57,648 bases of DNA from Malacoraja senta (taxonomy: Eukaryota). Below, in pieces: positions 22,320 through 32,439 of the stretch. Position numbers and translations under genes: made by a program. A model generated the notes under the pieces. That model was not told the DNA's origin and did not search any database. It saw nothing but the letters and a program-made list of their open reading frames with translations. Location of the stretch: contig JAXLNO010003753.1 in the NCBI GenBank assembly GCA_038087875.1, positions 1-57,648 of the forward strand. Reading direction: 5' to 3'. The number at the start of each line of letters is the position of its first letter. Positions within the stretch are counted from its first letter, which is position 1.

Positions 22320-24520
22320 GATGGGCCATGAGAACGGAAAGCCCACCAGGGAGGGGAAGGGCGGTAAGCCCGACCCCAGCATTCTGCCTGATAGTCCGTT
22401 GGGGCGAATGCTGAGCCTCTGGTGGCAGGGAAATACCCAGGGAATTGGAAGACAAAAATGATTTGATTCTGTTATTTTGAGTTTTAATACATGTAAAAGA
22501 TGTTGCATTTATTTGAAGTAAGAATGGAACGAATGTGATTTGTGTGTAAAAACCAGTTTGGAATGAAAGAGGAAGTTTATATATGTGATAATTATTTTGT
22601 TTATTGTATTTGTAGACCACATTGTAAGAGTAAGTAAGTAAGTTTTATTAAAATCAAAAATGTTCACTGTAGGTAGGTGTATGTTCCTTTAAATAAATCA
22701 GGTCATGGTGAAAGGCGACGAACAGCTGTAAGATAATGATTAATTGTTTGTTGGCCTTAACCTAGAAGGGGAAGTTGTGAAACCAGCTTTTGTTTTTTCT
22801 GATGTTCTTTTAGATTTCTAGTCAGTAAAGATAATTTGGAGAATTGTTACTAGTGCTAGGAATTGGACATTTAAAATAGTGGTGAATATGGATTGAAATA
22901 ATTGGAAATAAGTTAATTGGTAAACATTCAAGTTTAGAAAGAAAGGAGAGAGAGGCAGTTAGAAGATAACAGAAGTAGAAAAACGACAGGCATGAAAGTA
23001 ATAAAGCAGGAGGAGTCAGTGGAAGATTTTTGCAAGGAGGCTAGAATATTTGAGAAGCAAGAAATTGAGTTTAGAATTAGAAAGAAGGCATACCAGAAAG
23101 GATTAAAGTTGGAAGCATTGGGATAAAGTGATGAGACTGCTTTAAAGAGAAAAGAGAAGGACAGACACGGATTATCCCTTGGGGCACCCATAAACTGAAA
23201 GGGCTAAAAAATACCTCACCCTATATCCCTGATGGGGGAGGAAATGGATTAGGGCTTTGGAGGAGGAGAACGTGGGACGATTATTGATCATGGAAGATTT
23301 GAAGGCACTGTTGGTAAAAGTGATAGGAAGCACTAAAGCGACAGAACTACTGAAGATGGATGGTATAAACTGATGCGAACAATGTAACAAGCAATGGCAT
23401 ACTGTTTGACACAGTCAGGCAGAGGGTATGGCAGACCCTCAGACCCCCAAGGAACAAGGGGAGATACAGAAGGAAAGGCAAATAGCCTATCTGGAAAACC
23501 AGCTGAAAAGGTGGAGAGTTGATTGATGAACATTATATTATGAACAACTGTGGTGGATGTCATTCTTCTTAAAGTCAAGCAGATTCAGCGAACAGTTGGT
23601 CTCTGCGGTCGAGAAATATCGCAAAGATAGGAAAAAGACTTGCAAACCAGCAGGAGGAGGTGTTGTCAATAAACAATGGACCTAAGTGAGTCCTATGACG
23701 GAACCAAGCAGGGCCAGAGAATTACATGCCAATAATGAATGTCTTTGGGGAACGTTTCCTCAAAAAGTCCTATCAGGAGTGAAATTAATCTGGATATAAG
23801 CCCTAACAGGACTGGGGTCCCCAAGAGAGAAAGGGATTTAAAGGAGGATTTGTTGGTATTGTTCCATAAGTAACAAGCGATGTAAGAGAGAGAGAGAGAT
23901 TTAAAAAAAAAATACTTCAGAATGTAGGACAGAGTATGATAACCTCAGGAAAAGGCAGGATATAGTTCAGACTAGATTAGGTATAAGCCCTGTAGTGTCG
24001 TTTATGATGAATAAGGTAATTAAGAGGTTTGGTAGACCTACAGAAACCGGCTTTGACAACGGATTGTTTTCATTTAGGGAGTAGCTAAGTTGGCGATAGA
24101 GACCCTTAGAGTAAAATACACATTTGGGTATGTAAGAATAAATGGAACATTGAAGGTTAATATAAATAAGATTTGTTTAATTACAAAGTTGAATTGGATC
24201 GATGCCCTGCCATTGGCACTGAAGAGATGTTGCATGCAAACTAACCGAGCAGGTGGCACAATGGAGAGGTCCCTACAAGAGACCGAGTTTGGAACAGTTA
24301 AAGATAGAATTTAAAAAGTATATGAAACAGTTAATTATGATATACAAGTCTATTTATGAACAGGAAAAGTAAAAGCTGTTGGAGGTGGACCAGGAGGAAG
24401 GACCCTTTAAACCTGAAGACAAGGTGTATGTATGAGTTTTCTAAACTACCGGCCGATGTTCAGGTAGAAGGTTGATATACCTGGTACCATTTCAATAATA
24501 CCTGAGGGCTGTCCCGCAGG
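22320..24520 (+). pseudogene. Highly degraded gag and integrase remnants of ERV-B
   Basis: MA-like PDSPLGRMLSLW (~22390); integrase core NGTLKVNINKICLITKLNWIDALPLAL (~24140-24220); integrase C-terminus PFKPEDKVYV...VQVEG.YTWYH (~24400-24490). Many stop codons. Confidence 0.7.
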
Positions 24521-24599
24521 TACGAATAGATAATAGCCCTGAGGTAAGTGAACAGGAGGACAAGAGATGTGAGAAAAGAGTAGAATTTGAACAAGAACG

Positions 24600-25525
24600 T
24601 TGTTTGACATCAGTGGTGGGCAAAATAATGGAAAGGATACTTAAGACAATATATAAGAATAGGGTAGGATTAGGAAGAATTAGCATGGATTTGTGATTGT
24701 GATGTTTGACTAATCTTGAATTTTTTGAAAAGGTTATTAGGGAAATTGATGAGGGTAAAGTGATGGATGTTGTCTAGATGAACTTCAGTAAGGCCTTTGA
24801 CAAGGTTCAATAAGGAAATAAGGTTGGTTAAGAAGGGTTAGTAAGGAATAGCAAGATGGAGTAAAAAGTGGCTGTATGGGAGATGTCAGAGAGCAATGGT
24901 GGATGGATGTTTGTCAGGTTGGAGGTCAGTGACTAGAAGGGTACCTCGGGGATGTGTGTTGGGTCCACTGTTGTTTGTCATGTGAATCAATAATCTGGAT
25001 GTTGGTGTGGTAAAATAGATTAATAAGTATGTAGATGATACTAAGATAGGTGGTGTTGTGAATAATGAAGTAGATTTTAAAAAGTGTACAGAGAGATTTA
25101 GGTCATTTGGAAGAATGGGTTGAAACATGACAGATAGGTTTAATGTTGATAAGTGTGAGATGATACATCTTGGCAGGACAAATCAAAATTGAATGTACAT
25201 GGTAAATGATTGTGAATTGAGGAATGAAGTTGAACAGGCGGATCTAGGAATAACTGTGCATGGTTCCCTGAAGGTGGAATTTCATGAAGATAGGATGGTA
25301 AAGAAAGATTTTGGTGTGTTGGCCTTTATAAATCAGAGCATTAAATTGTACAAGGTATTGGTGAGGTCAATTGTGGAGTATGGTGTATAATTTTGGTAGG
25401 CATAATTATAGGAAGGATGTCAACAAAATAGAGAGAGTACAGAGGAGATCAATTAGAATGTTGACTGGGTTTCAGCAACTAAGACACAGAGAAAGGTTGA
25501 ACAAGTTAGGTCTTTATTATTTAGG
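24600..25525 (+). mobile_element. CR1 RT fragment embedded inside ERV-B
   Basis: Decayed F.KAFDKV, G.P.G.VLGPLLFV and Y.DDTKIGGVV, and the IERVQRR..RML C-terminal region. No CR1 3' tail is visible. Confidence 0.8.
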
Positions 25526-25559
25526 AACGATAGAAGGGGTCCCAACAAATACAAGGGAA

Positions 25560-25917
25560 TGATGTATTCCTAAGGAACTATTTACTGGCAGTATCTCGTT
25601 CTATTACAGAATTAAGAACCAAGGGGCTGCTGGCACAGAGTCCCCATCTCGACTTTCCAATCCATTCTGTGAAAGCGGGGGACTGGGATCTTTTAACATC
25701 ATGGAAGGAAGAAAAGCTGCAACCTAAGTGGACTGGACCCTACCTGGTGTTACTAATCACCGAGACAGCAGTACGAACAAAAGAAAAAGGGTGGACACAC
25801 GCAAGCCGATTTAAGGGTCCTGTGGAGGCCCCACCAAACAATATCAGCCCGTGGACTGTGCGCAAAGGAGAGGAACCATTGACTTTAATATTTAACAAGA
25901 ACCCGCGGGAAAAATGA
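25560..25917 (+). pseudogene. pol: Second integrase C-terminus (3' end of pol)
   Basis: ELRTKGLLAQSPHLDFPIHSVKAGDW...PKWTGPYLVLLITETAVRTKEKGWTHASRFK, containing the GPY/F module. Confidence 0.85.
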
Positions 25918-26760
25918 AGATTTCGTGTTGGTGGGTCGTGTGTTGGGTGGTTACCCAACTATGTAAGCATACAGAGTGTTCAAATGCAGGAAAGTGGAAG
26001 GATGTGCAGATAGGGAGAATGAGCCTAAGGATTTGAAGATAATGATAGTAGCAGGAGAAACAGAATTAAGGCAATTATATGAGGAGGGAATACCTACAGG
26101 AGGGAAGGGAGCCAACACCTGGCTTGCCTGGATGATGTACATGGCCAGGAGTATGCAACACACCAATTGCTACGCCTGTGCCGGAGCTAAGCCTCAGCTG
26201 GTTCCAGAACCATTTCCCTTGAATTGGGATAGGACACCTGGGGCTATGTCATGTATACTACAGCTATTCACGAATCCCATCCTACCAAAGGATGCGACCT
26301 GCCAGAGTTATCATCACCTATTCCCGGCTAGCAACAACAATACAAAGGGCCGAAGGACAGCCCCTTCGACACACACATATATATAGATGCGATAGGGGTG
26401 CCAAGAGGGGTATTCGATGAATTCAAAGCCAGAAACCAGATAGCTGCGGGCTTTGAGTCCATACTCTTCTGGTGGTCCACACTTAATAAAAATGTGGACT
26501 GGATCAACTACCTATACTACAATCAACAACGCTTTATAAATTACACTCGAGATGCGGTTGAAGGATTAGCGGAACAACTGACAGATACCAGCCTAATGGC
26601 CTGGCAAAATCGCATGGCCTTAGACATGCTACTGGCTGAGAAGGGAGGGGTGTGTGTAATGTTTGGGGAACAATGTTGCACCTTCATCCCCAACAACACT
26701 GCTCCTGATGGGTCAGTGTCGAGAGCCCTAGCAGGTCTCACCTCCCTGTCTATCGAATGA
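25914..26760 (+). pseudogene. env: env remnant (frameshifted, SU internally deleted, TM truncated before the membrane anchor)
   Basis: Signal-like MKISCWWVVCWVV; SU NTWLAWM...NCYAC; TM YIDAIGVPRG...FKARNQIAAGFES, ISD QNRMALDMLLAEKGGVC and CX6CC (CVMFGEQCC); stop at 26758-26760. Confidence 0.9.
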
Positions 26761-26858
26761 GAGGAAGATAGGGAGAGGCGAGGATTCTGCTGCTAGCATT
26801 AGAGAAGGGGCAGATAGTCTAAATCAAAGATTGCAGTAGCAAAAGTAAAAGTGTGGAT

Positions 26859-27399
26859 TGTGAGAAAGGGGTTAATAGGTATAAGTTGATTTAGACAAGA
26901 ACCCTTTGTATAGTAGGGAGTATAGTAGGGAGGATAGGGGGAGTGAAGAACGAGTACAGATGGTGACTTTTTCAAGGATGAGAACCGAGAAGATAGCAAC
27001 AGCCCAGCCAAGAACTAGGGTAAGGGTCAGGAGAAACACTCAGTGCGCATAGGCAATGAACTTACATGAATATGTACACACACCCACTATGACAAGACGT
27101 CTCATTTAAATGCACAAGCGATGCATGATATGGGAGGTGTCTTTGACGTCGGGTGGACGTCCCAGGACGTTCTCGTGGGAATGTGGGCTTTATGTTATGA
27201 TTGGAAGAAGCACAATGGGGAGGGATGAGGGTGTGACAATGATACCCATGAAATGTATAAAGATAGAAGTCATCCCGATCCTCGGTGTGCCTCTAGGGGA
27301 CATCAGAGGAGAGGCACCTATTCTGCAGAATATGATTTGAATAAAAAGCTTCTTTGCTGACTTTGTCTCTAAAAGCGTTTGTGATTTTTGAATCTCACA
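26859..27399 (+). repeat. ERV-B 3' LTR
   Basis: 541-bp direct repeat of 21433-21973. Confidence 0.95.
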
Positions 27400-27678
27400 G
27401 TGATGTTTCGGAACGAGACCCTTTTTCAGACTGAGAGTCAGGGGAAAGGGAAATTATCTATAGATGGTGATAGAGAAATATAGAACAAATGAATGAAAGT
27501 TATACAACAAATCGATGCATTTTAAATCGATTACTCAGGAAGGATACAAGTCACATTTACCACTCTGACGGTGACACAAAAACATCTAGGCTTTGCAAGT
27601 AAGGCAATTTGTAATGGGATTATTCGTTTAATTAAAGCAAAAGTGTTTTGCATACTTCTGGCAGGAGTATTTTGTGGT

Positions 27679-29386
27679 ATTATCAGATGCTTGTAATCAT
27701 GGGAAATATTAATGCAGTTTGTCACCCTTGTTTGCATGCAATTCTACAGTAGTTTTTAATGTCCAATGTTCCAATGACAGTCTAGAGTTGTCTACGACTT
27801 GTGTCTGAGTCCTGTCATTGGTTGGAATGACCAGTACCTAAAACCAAGCATTCCACATCACCTCATCAGTGGAATCAATGCTACACTGCACGGTGTGCTA
27901 CCTTAGCAACGGAGCAGGAACAGTAACCCAGCTCTCACCTCTAGAATTCCATGTAAACTAAATGGTACAATTATATGGGGGATGTTGGGACAGAGACCGC
28001 TGCAGATGTACAAAGGCAATTTTTAACAATTGCAGAACAAGTTGGTTGAGTAGTCAGTTTAAAAAAGGAACACCGAACCTTTGGAACAGAGAAGCAAAGT
28101 ATAAAAGCAAGGTATGCTACGTTTTTACAAATCTCTTCTGCACAAGTCTGCATTAAACAGCAAGAATGGTATCAAGATGAAAGGTTTCACTTACATGAAA
28201 AATCCAAAGAAAGTGGGATTGTCGTGCTTAGAGAAGGTTAAAAGGAGAGTTCATAGATCAGTCAGGTACATACGGTTCTTGCCAAAGGCATAAAGGTTTC
28301 CAACCAAGGGATACTGATTTACTGAAAAAGAATCAAGGCAATACTTTTGATCTATTACGTGAAATAGCCAGGCATGTGTAAAGTATGCCTGGGAATCGCG
28401 AGACAATCCATTAATGACTTTGCTTGCCAGATTATAATTCATTCTTCATTACAGAAACTAAACAAGCATATGGCAAATTTGTTGTGCAGATCATCTAATT
28501 GAGGTATAGAAAAGTATTTATGGCACAGAATATAATTTTATATTCAGGAGGGAGGGACGGAATGCTGAGGCGCAACAAATTTGCCATATGCTTGTTTAGT
28601 TTCTGTAATGAAGAATGAATTATAATCTGGCAAGCAAAGTCATTAATGGATTGTCTCGCGATTCCCAGGCATACTTTACACATGCCTGGCTATTTCACGT
28701 AATAGATCAAAAGTATTGCCTTGATTCTTTTTCACTAAATCAGTATCCCTTGGTTGGAAACTTTTATGCCTTTGGCAAGAACCGTATGTACCTGACTGAT
28801 CTATGAACACTCCTTTTAACTTTCTCTAAGCACGACAATCCCACTTTCGTTGGATTTTTCATGTAAGTGAAACCTTTCATCTTGATACCATTCTTGCTGT
28901 TTAATGCAGTCGAGCAGACTTGTGCAGAAGAGATTTGTAAAAACGTAGCATACCTTGCTTTTATTCTTTGCTTCTCTGTTCCAAAGGCTCGGTGTTCCTT
29001 TTTTAAACTGACTACTCAACCAACTTGTTCTGCAATTGTTAAAAATTGCCTTTGTACATCTGCAGCGGTCTCTGTCCCAACATCCCCCATATAATTGTAC
29101 CATTTAGTTTACATGGAATTCTAGAGGTGAGAGCTGGGTTACTGTTCCTGCTCCATTGCTAAGGTAGCACACCGTGCAGTGTAGCATTGATTCCACTGAT
29201 GAGGTGATGTGGAATGCTTGGTTTTAGGTACTGGTCATTCCAACCAATGACAGGACTCAGACACAAGTCGTAGACAACTCTAGACTGTCATTGGAACATT
29301 GGACATTAAAAACGACTGTAGAATTGCATGTAAACATGGGTGACAAACTGCATTAATATTTCCCATGGTTACAAGCATCTGATAAT
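27679..29386. repeat. Long inverted repeat (fold-back) of unidentified sequence
   Basis: Arms ~27679-28487 and ~28570-29386 are reverse complements, with roughly a dozen substitutions and one 8-bp indel; spacer ~80 bp. Confidence 0.92.
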
Positions 29387-29532
29387 GTAGATCAGTGCAT
29401 GCTCCTTTAACATAGTGACCTCTCTAGCTCCGGTGACGGACCACGAACAGCTAGGGCACTATGTGTGTGTATGATTACAATGTCTGCAATAAACTAGTAG
29501 TGAAGACATCACGTGTCTGACAAGTCTTTACA
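29386..29532 (+). mobile_element. Gypsy element 5' LTR (147 bp)
   Basis: TGTAGA...TTTACA with an internal AATAAA, immediately followed by a PBS. Confidence 0.85.
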
Positions 29533-29562
29533 TGGTGTCAGAAGTGGGATTCGAACCCACGC
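29533..29562 (+). promoter_or_regulatory. PBS tRNA-Leu(CAA), extended to 30 nt
   Basis: tggtgtcagaagtgggattcgaacccacgc is the reverse complement of the vertebrate tRNA-Leu(CAA) 3' end including CCA and the T-arm (tRNA sequence from memory). Confidence 0.9.
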
Positions 29563-29569
29563 TTTGATA

Positions 29570-32438
29570 GCTGATCCCTCAGTGCGAGTTACTGTGAATG
29601 GGATGACCTTACCTGCAAAGGTCGACACGGGGGCGTTTGCCAATGTTATGTCATTAAGCCTCTTTGAGCAGATAAGATCTGGTGAGAAGGTTACTGCCGA
29701 CGACTCTCGTCTTCATGCCTATGGGGGGGGGGGTGCTCGTACCAGTCGGGAAGGCAACCCTTATCTGCACAGTTCTGAAGACCTCTCGGCCGCTCTCTTT
29801 CCTCCTGCTGGAATCTGAGAATGTTACTCTTTTGGGCGCCAGTGCGTGCCAGGACCTCGGTTTGGTTTCCTTCCACCGCGATATCCACCTGGTGCAGGGC
29901 CCCATGGACCCCATGAACGAGTACCCTGATCGTTTTGACGATGTATTGGGCAAACTACCCTTCAATTACGAATTCGATGTGGACCCGGGGGTTGTTCCGG
30001 TAATCCGCCCGGCTCACCGCGTCTCCTTTGCCATGAAGGACAGGGTGGAGTCGCCTCTGCGCCACATGGTGGCCGTGGGCATCATCAAGGAGGTGAGTGA
30101 TCCCACCCGGTGGGTCTCCACCGTGGTCGTTGCTGCTAAGAAGGACAAGAGTGAGATTCGGACCTGTATAAACCCCAAGGACCTGAACCCCAAGCGCCCG
30201 CACTACCCCATGCGAACGGTGGAGGACGTCGCTGCACAGGTTGGCCCAGCCACTGTCTTCTCTGTCCTCGATGCCAAGAGCTCTTTCTGGCAGATTCCAC
30301 TGGATGAACGTTCCTCCTTCCTGACCACTTTCGGTACACCTTTCGGCAGGTTCCGTTTCCTCCGCATGCCTTTCGGGATCAATTCTGCCAGCGAGGTTTT
30401 CCAGCGCACCATGGAGCAGCTATTTGCCAGTCTGCCGTGTGCTATCATCGTCGATGACATCTTAGTGTACGGGAGAGACGTCGCTGAGCACCACCTCCAC
30501 CTCCGCCTAGTCCTGGATAGGGCTCGTGAGATCAACCTCAAACTGAACCCCAAAAAGTGCCGTTTCCGCGTCCCGGAGGTCACATACGTGGGCCACGTTT
30601 TCACGGCTGAGGGTCTGAAACCAGACCCACAGAAGACAGCTGCGGTCTCTGGGATGCCAGCTCCGGTCGACGTGCCCAGCCTGCAGCGCTTCTTGGGCAT
30701 GGTGAACTACCTGGGGAAATTCATTCCCGACCTCAGCGAGCTGAGTGCGCCCCTGAGGGAACTGACCAAGAAGGACACTGCCTGGGTTTGGTACCCGCAG
30801 CATCAGGCAGCCTTCGATGCCCTGAAGTCCCGGCTGGTTTGCACCCCCACTCTCAAGTTCTTCGACTTAAAGCGCCCCATCGTCCTCACCTGCGATGCCT
30901 CGAATTTCGGTCTCGGTGCTGCCTGCCTGCCTGCAACTCTACGACCGCCTGCAACTACCTGTCTCCTACGCTTCCCGCACCATGACCCCTGCCGAACAAC
31001 GCTACGCTCAGATCGAGAAGGAGCTCCTTGCCGTGGTGTTTGCCTGCTCGAAGTTCAAGGACTACATTCTGGGTAACACCTTCACTATTGTGACCGACCA
31101 CCAGCCGCTGGTCACGATCTTGAACAAACCAATCCACGTTGCCTCTTCCCATTTGCAGCGTATGATGCTGCAGCTTCAGCGCTTCACGTTTCGAATCGTG
31201 TACCGAAAGGGCAAGGACATGTTTGTGGCCGACACGCTGTCCCGCGCACCGCTGGCGTCTACTGCCCGCCACCCGTACGAGTCGTCCGACCTAATGGTGC
31301 TAAACGTTAACTTTGTGCCTTCCGGCAGATGCAGTCCCTGATTCAGCACACTGCCATGATCCTGCCCTGCAACAGCTTGTAGACGTCATCCGCTCGGCTG
31401 GCCTGACCGTCACTCATCCTTGCTGGCTGGTGCTGCGCCCTACTTCCTAGTCCGGGATGAACTTGTGCTGCATGACGGCGTGGTGGTGAAGGGCCACAAG
31501 ATTGTGGTGCCTGCTGCGCTGCGGGACCACTATTCCAAACTGCCCACAGCAGCCATCCGGAGCCGATGCCACCTGTCCCGGCCCAGAGCCAATTTTATTG
31601 GCCCGGCATGGCACAGGACATCCGGGATATGGTCTCCGCCTGCTCAACCTGCAATACCCTCTCTCTCCCCCACCAGAAACGCCAGCCACTCCTGCAACAG
31701 CCTGCCCCCGACGGCGTGGATGGCGGTCGCTACTGACATATTTGAGTGGAGTGGCAACATTTCCTGGTCCTTGTAGACTCCTATTCCAGCTGGTTCGAGG
31801 TGGATCAGCTGCACTCCCTCACTTCTGCTGCTGTCATTGGGAAGCTGCGCCGCAACTTTGGGATCTTTGGCCCTCCTGTGACTTTGCAGTCTGACAACGG
31901 CGGCCAGTTCTCGAGTGCGGAGTTCCGCGCCTTCGCTGCCGCCTGGAACTTTCGCCACATCACCAGCAGCCCTGAGTACCCGCAGAGCAACGGCCTTGCT
32001 GAGCGCGCCGTCCGCAGTGCCAAGGAGCTGTTGGAGCAGTGTAGACTATCGCATTCGGATTTTTACCTGGCCCTACTGAATCTCCGCAATATTTCTCGTG
32101 ACCCTGCCCTAGGCTCGCCTGCTCAGCGGCTCATGTCCCGCACCACACGCCCTCCGATCCCTGTCTCCAGCGATCCTAGAGCCCGCGGTCCGCAGCCCTG
32201 CTGCTGTCCAGAAGCGCATTGCCCAGAAACAGACTATCCAGAAGCACTCCCACGACAAATCCTGCCGTCCCCTTCCGCGTCTCTTCCAGGGCCAGGTCGT
32301 CCGGATGCAGTCCTCCTCAGGACACTACCGGCTGGCTGTTGTCGTCGGCTCTGCAGACTCCCCGCGGTCTTACCTGGTTGACTACAGGGTGCCACCTACC
32401 GCCAGTCCCGCCAGCATTTGCTGCCGGTCAACGAGCGA
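29570..32438 (+). pseudogene. pol: Gypsy/Ty3 pol (PR-RT-RH-IN), frameshifted, gag absent, 3' truncated
   Basis: VDTGA protease; LDAKSSFWQI, RMPFGI and IVDDIL RT; CDAS and YAQIEKELLA RNase H; LQSDNGGQF and PQSNGLAERAVR integrase. A frameshift lies in the G run at ~29722. Confidence 0.92.
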
Positions 32439-32439
32439 G

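Larger units (their letters stand above)
21433..27399 (+). mobile_element. Complete non-autonomous ERV provirus, family B (class I, epsilon/gamma-like)
   Basis: Two 541-bp LTRs (TGTGAGA...TCTCACA), 4-bp TSD GTGA at 21429-21432 and 27400-27403, PBS-Pro, and gag, pol and env remnants. It interrupts a short dispersed repeat that rejoins across the TSD. Confidence 0.95.

Noticed and set aside
29533-29562. Apparent tRNA-Leu gene on the minus strand
   Set aside because: Only the 3' 30 nt are present, they include the post-transcriptional CCA, and they sit directly after an LTR. It is a PBS or reverse-transcribed copy, not a gene.
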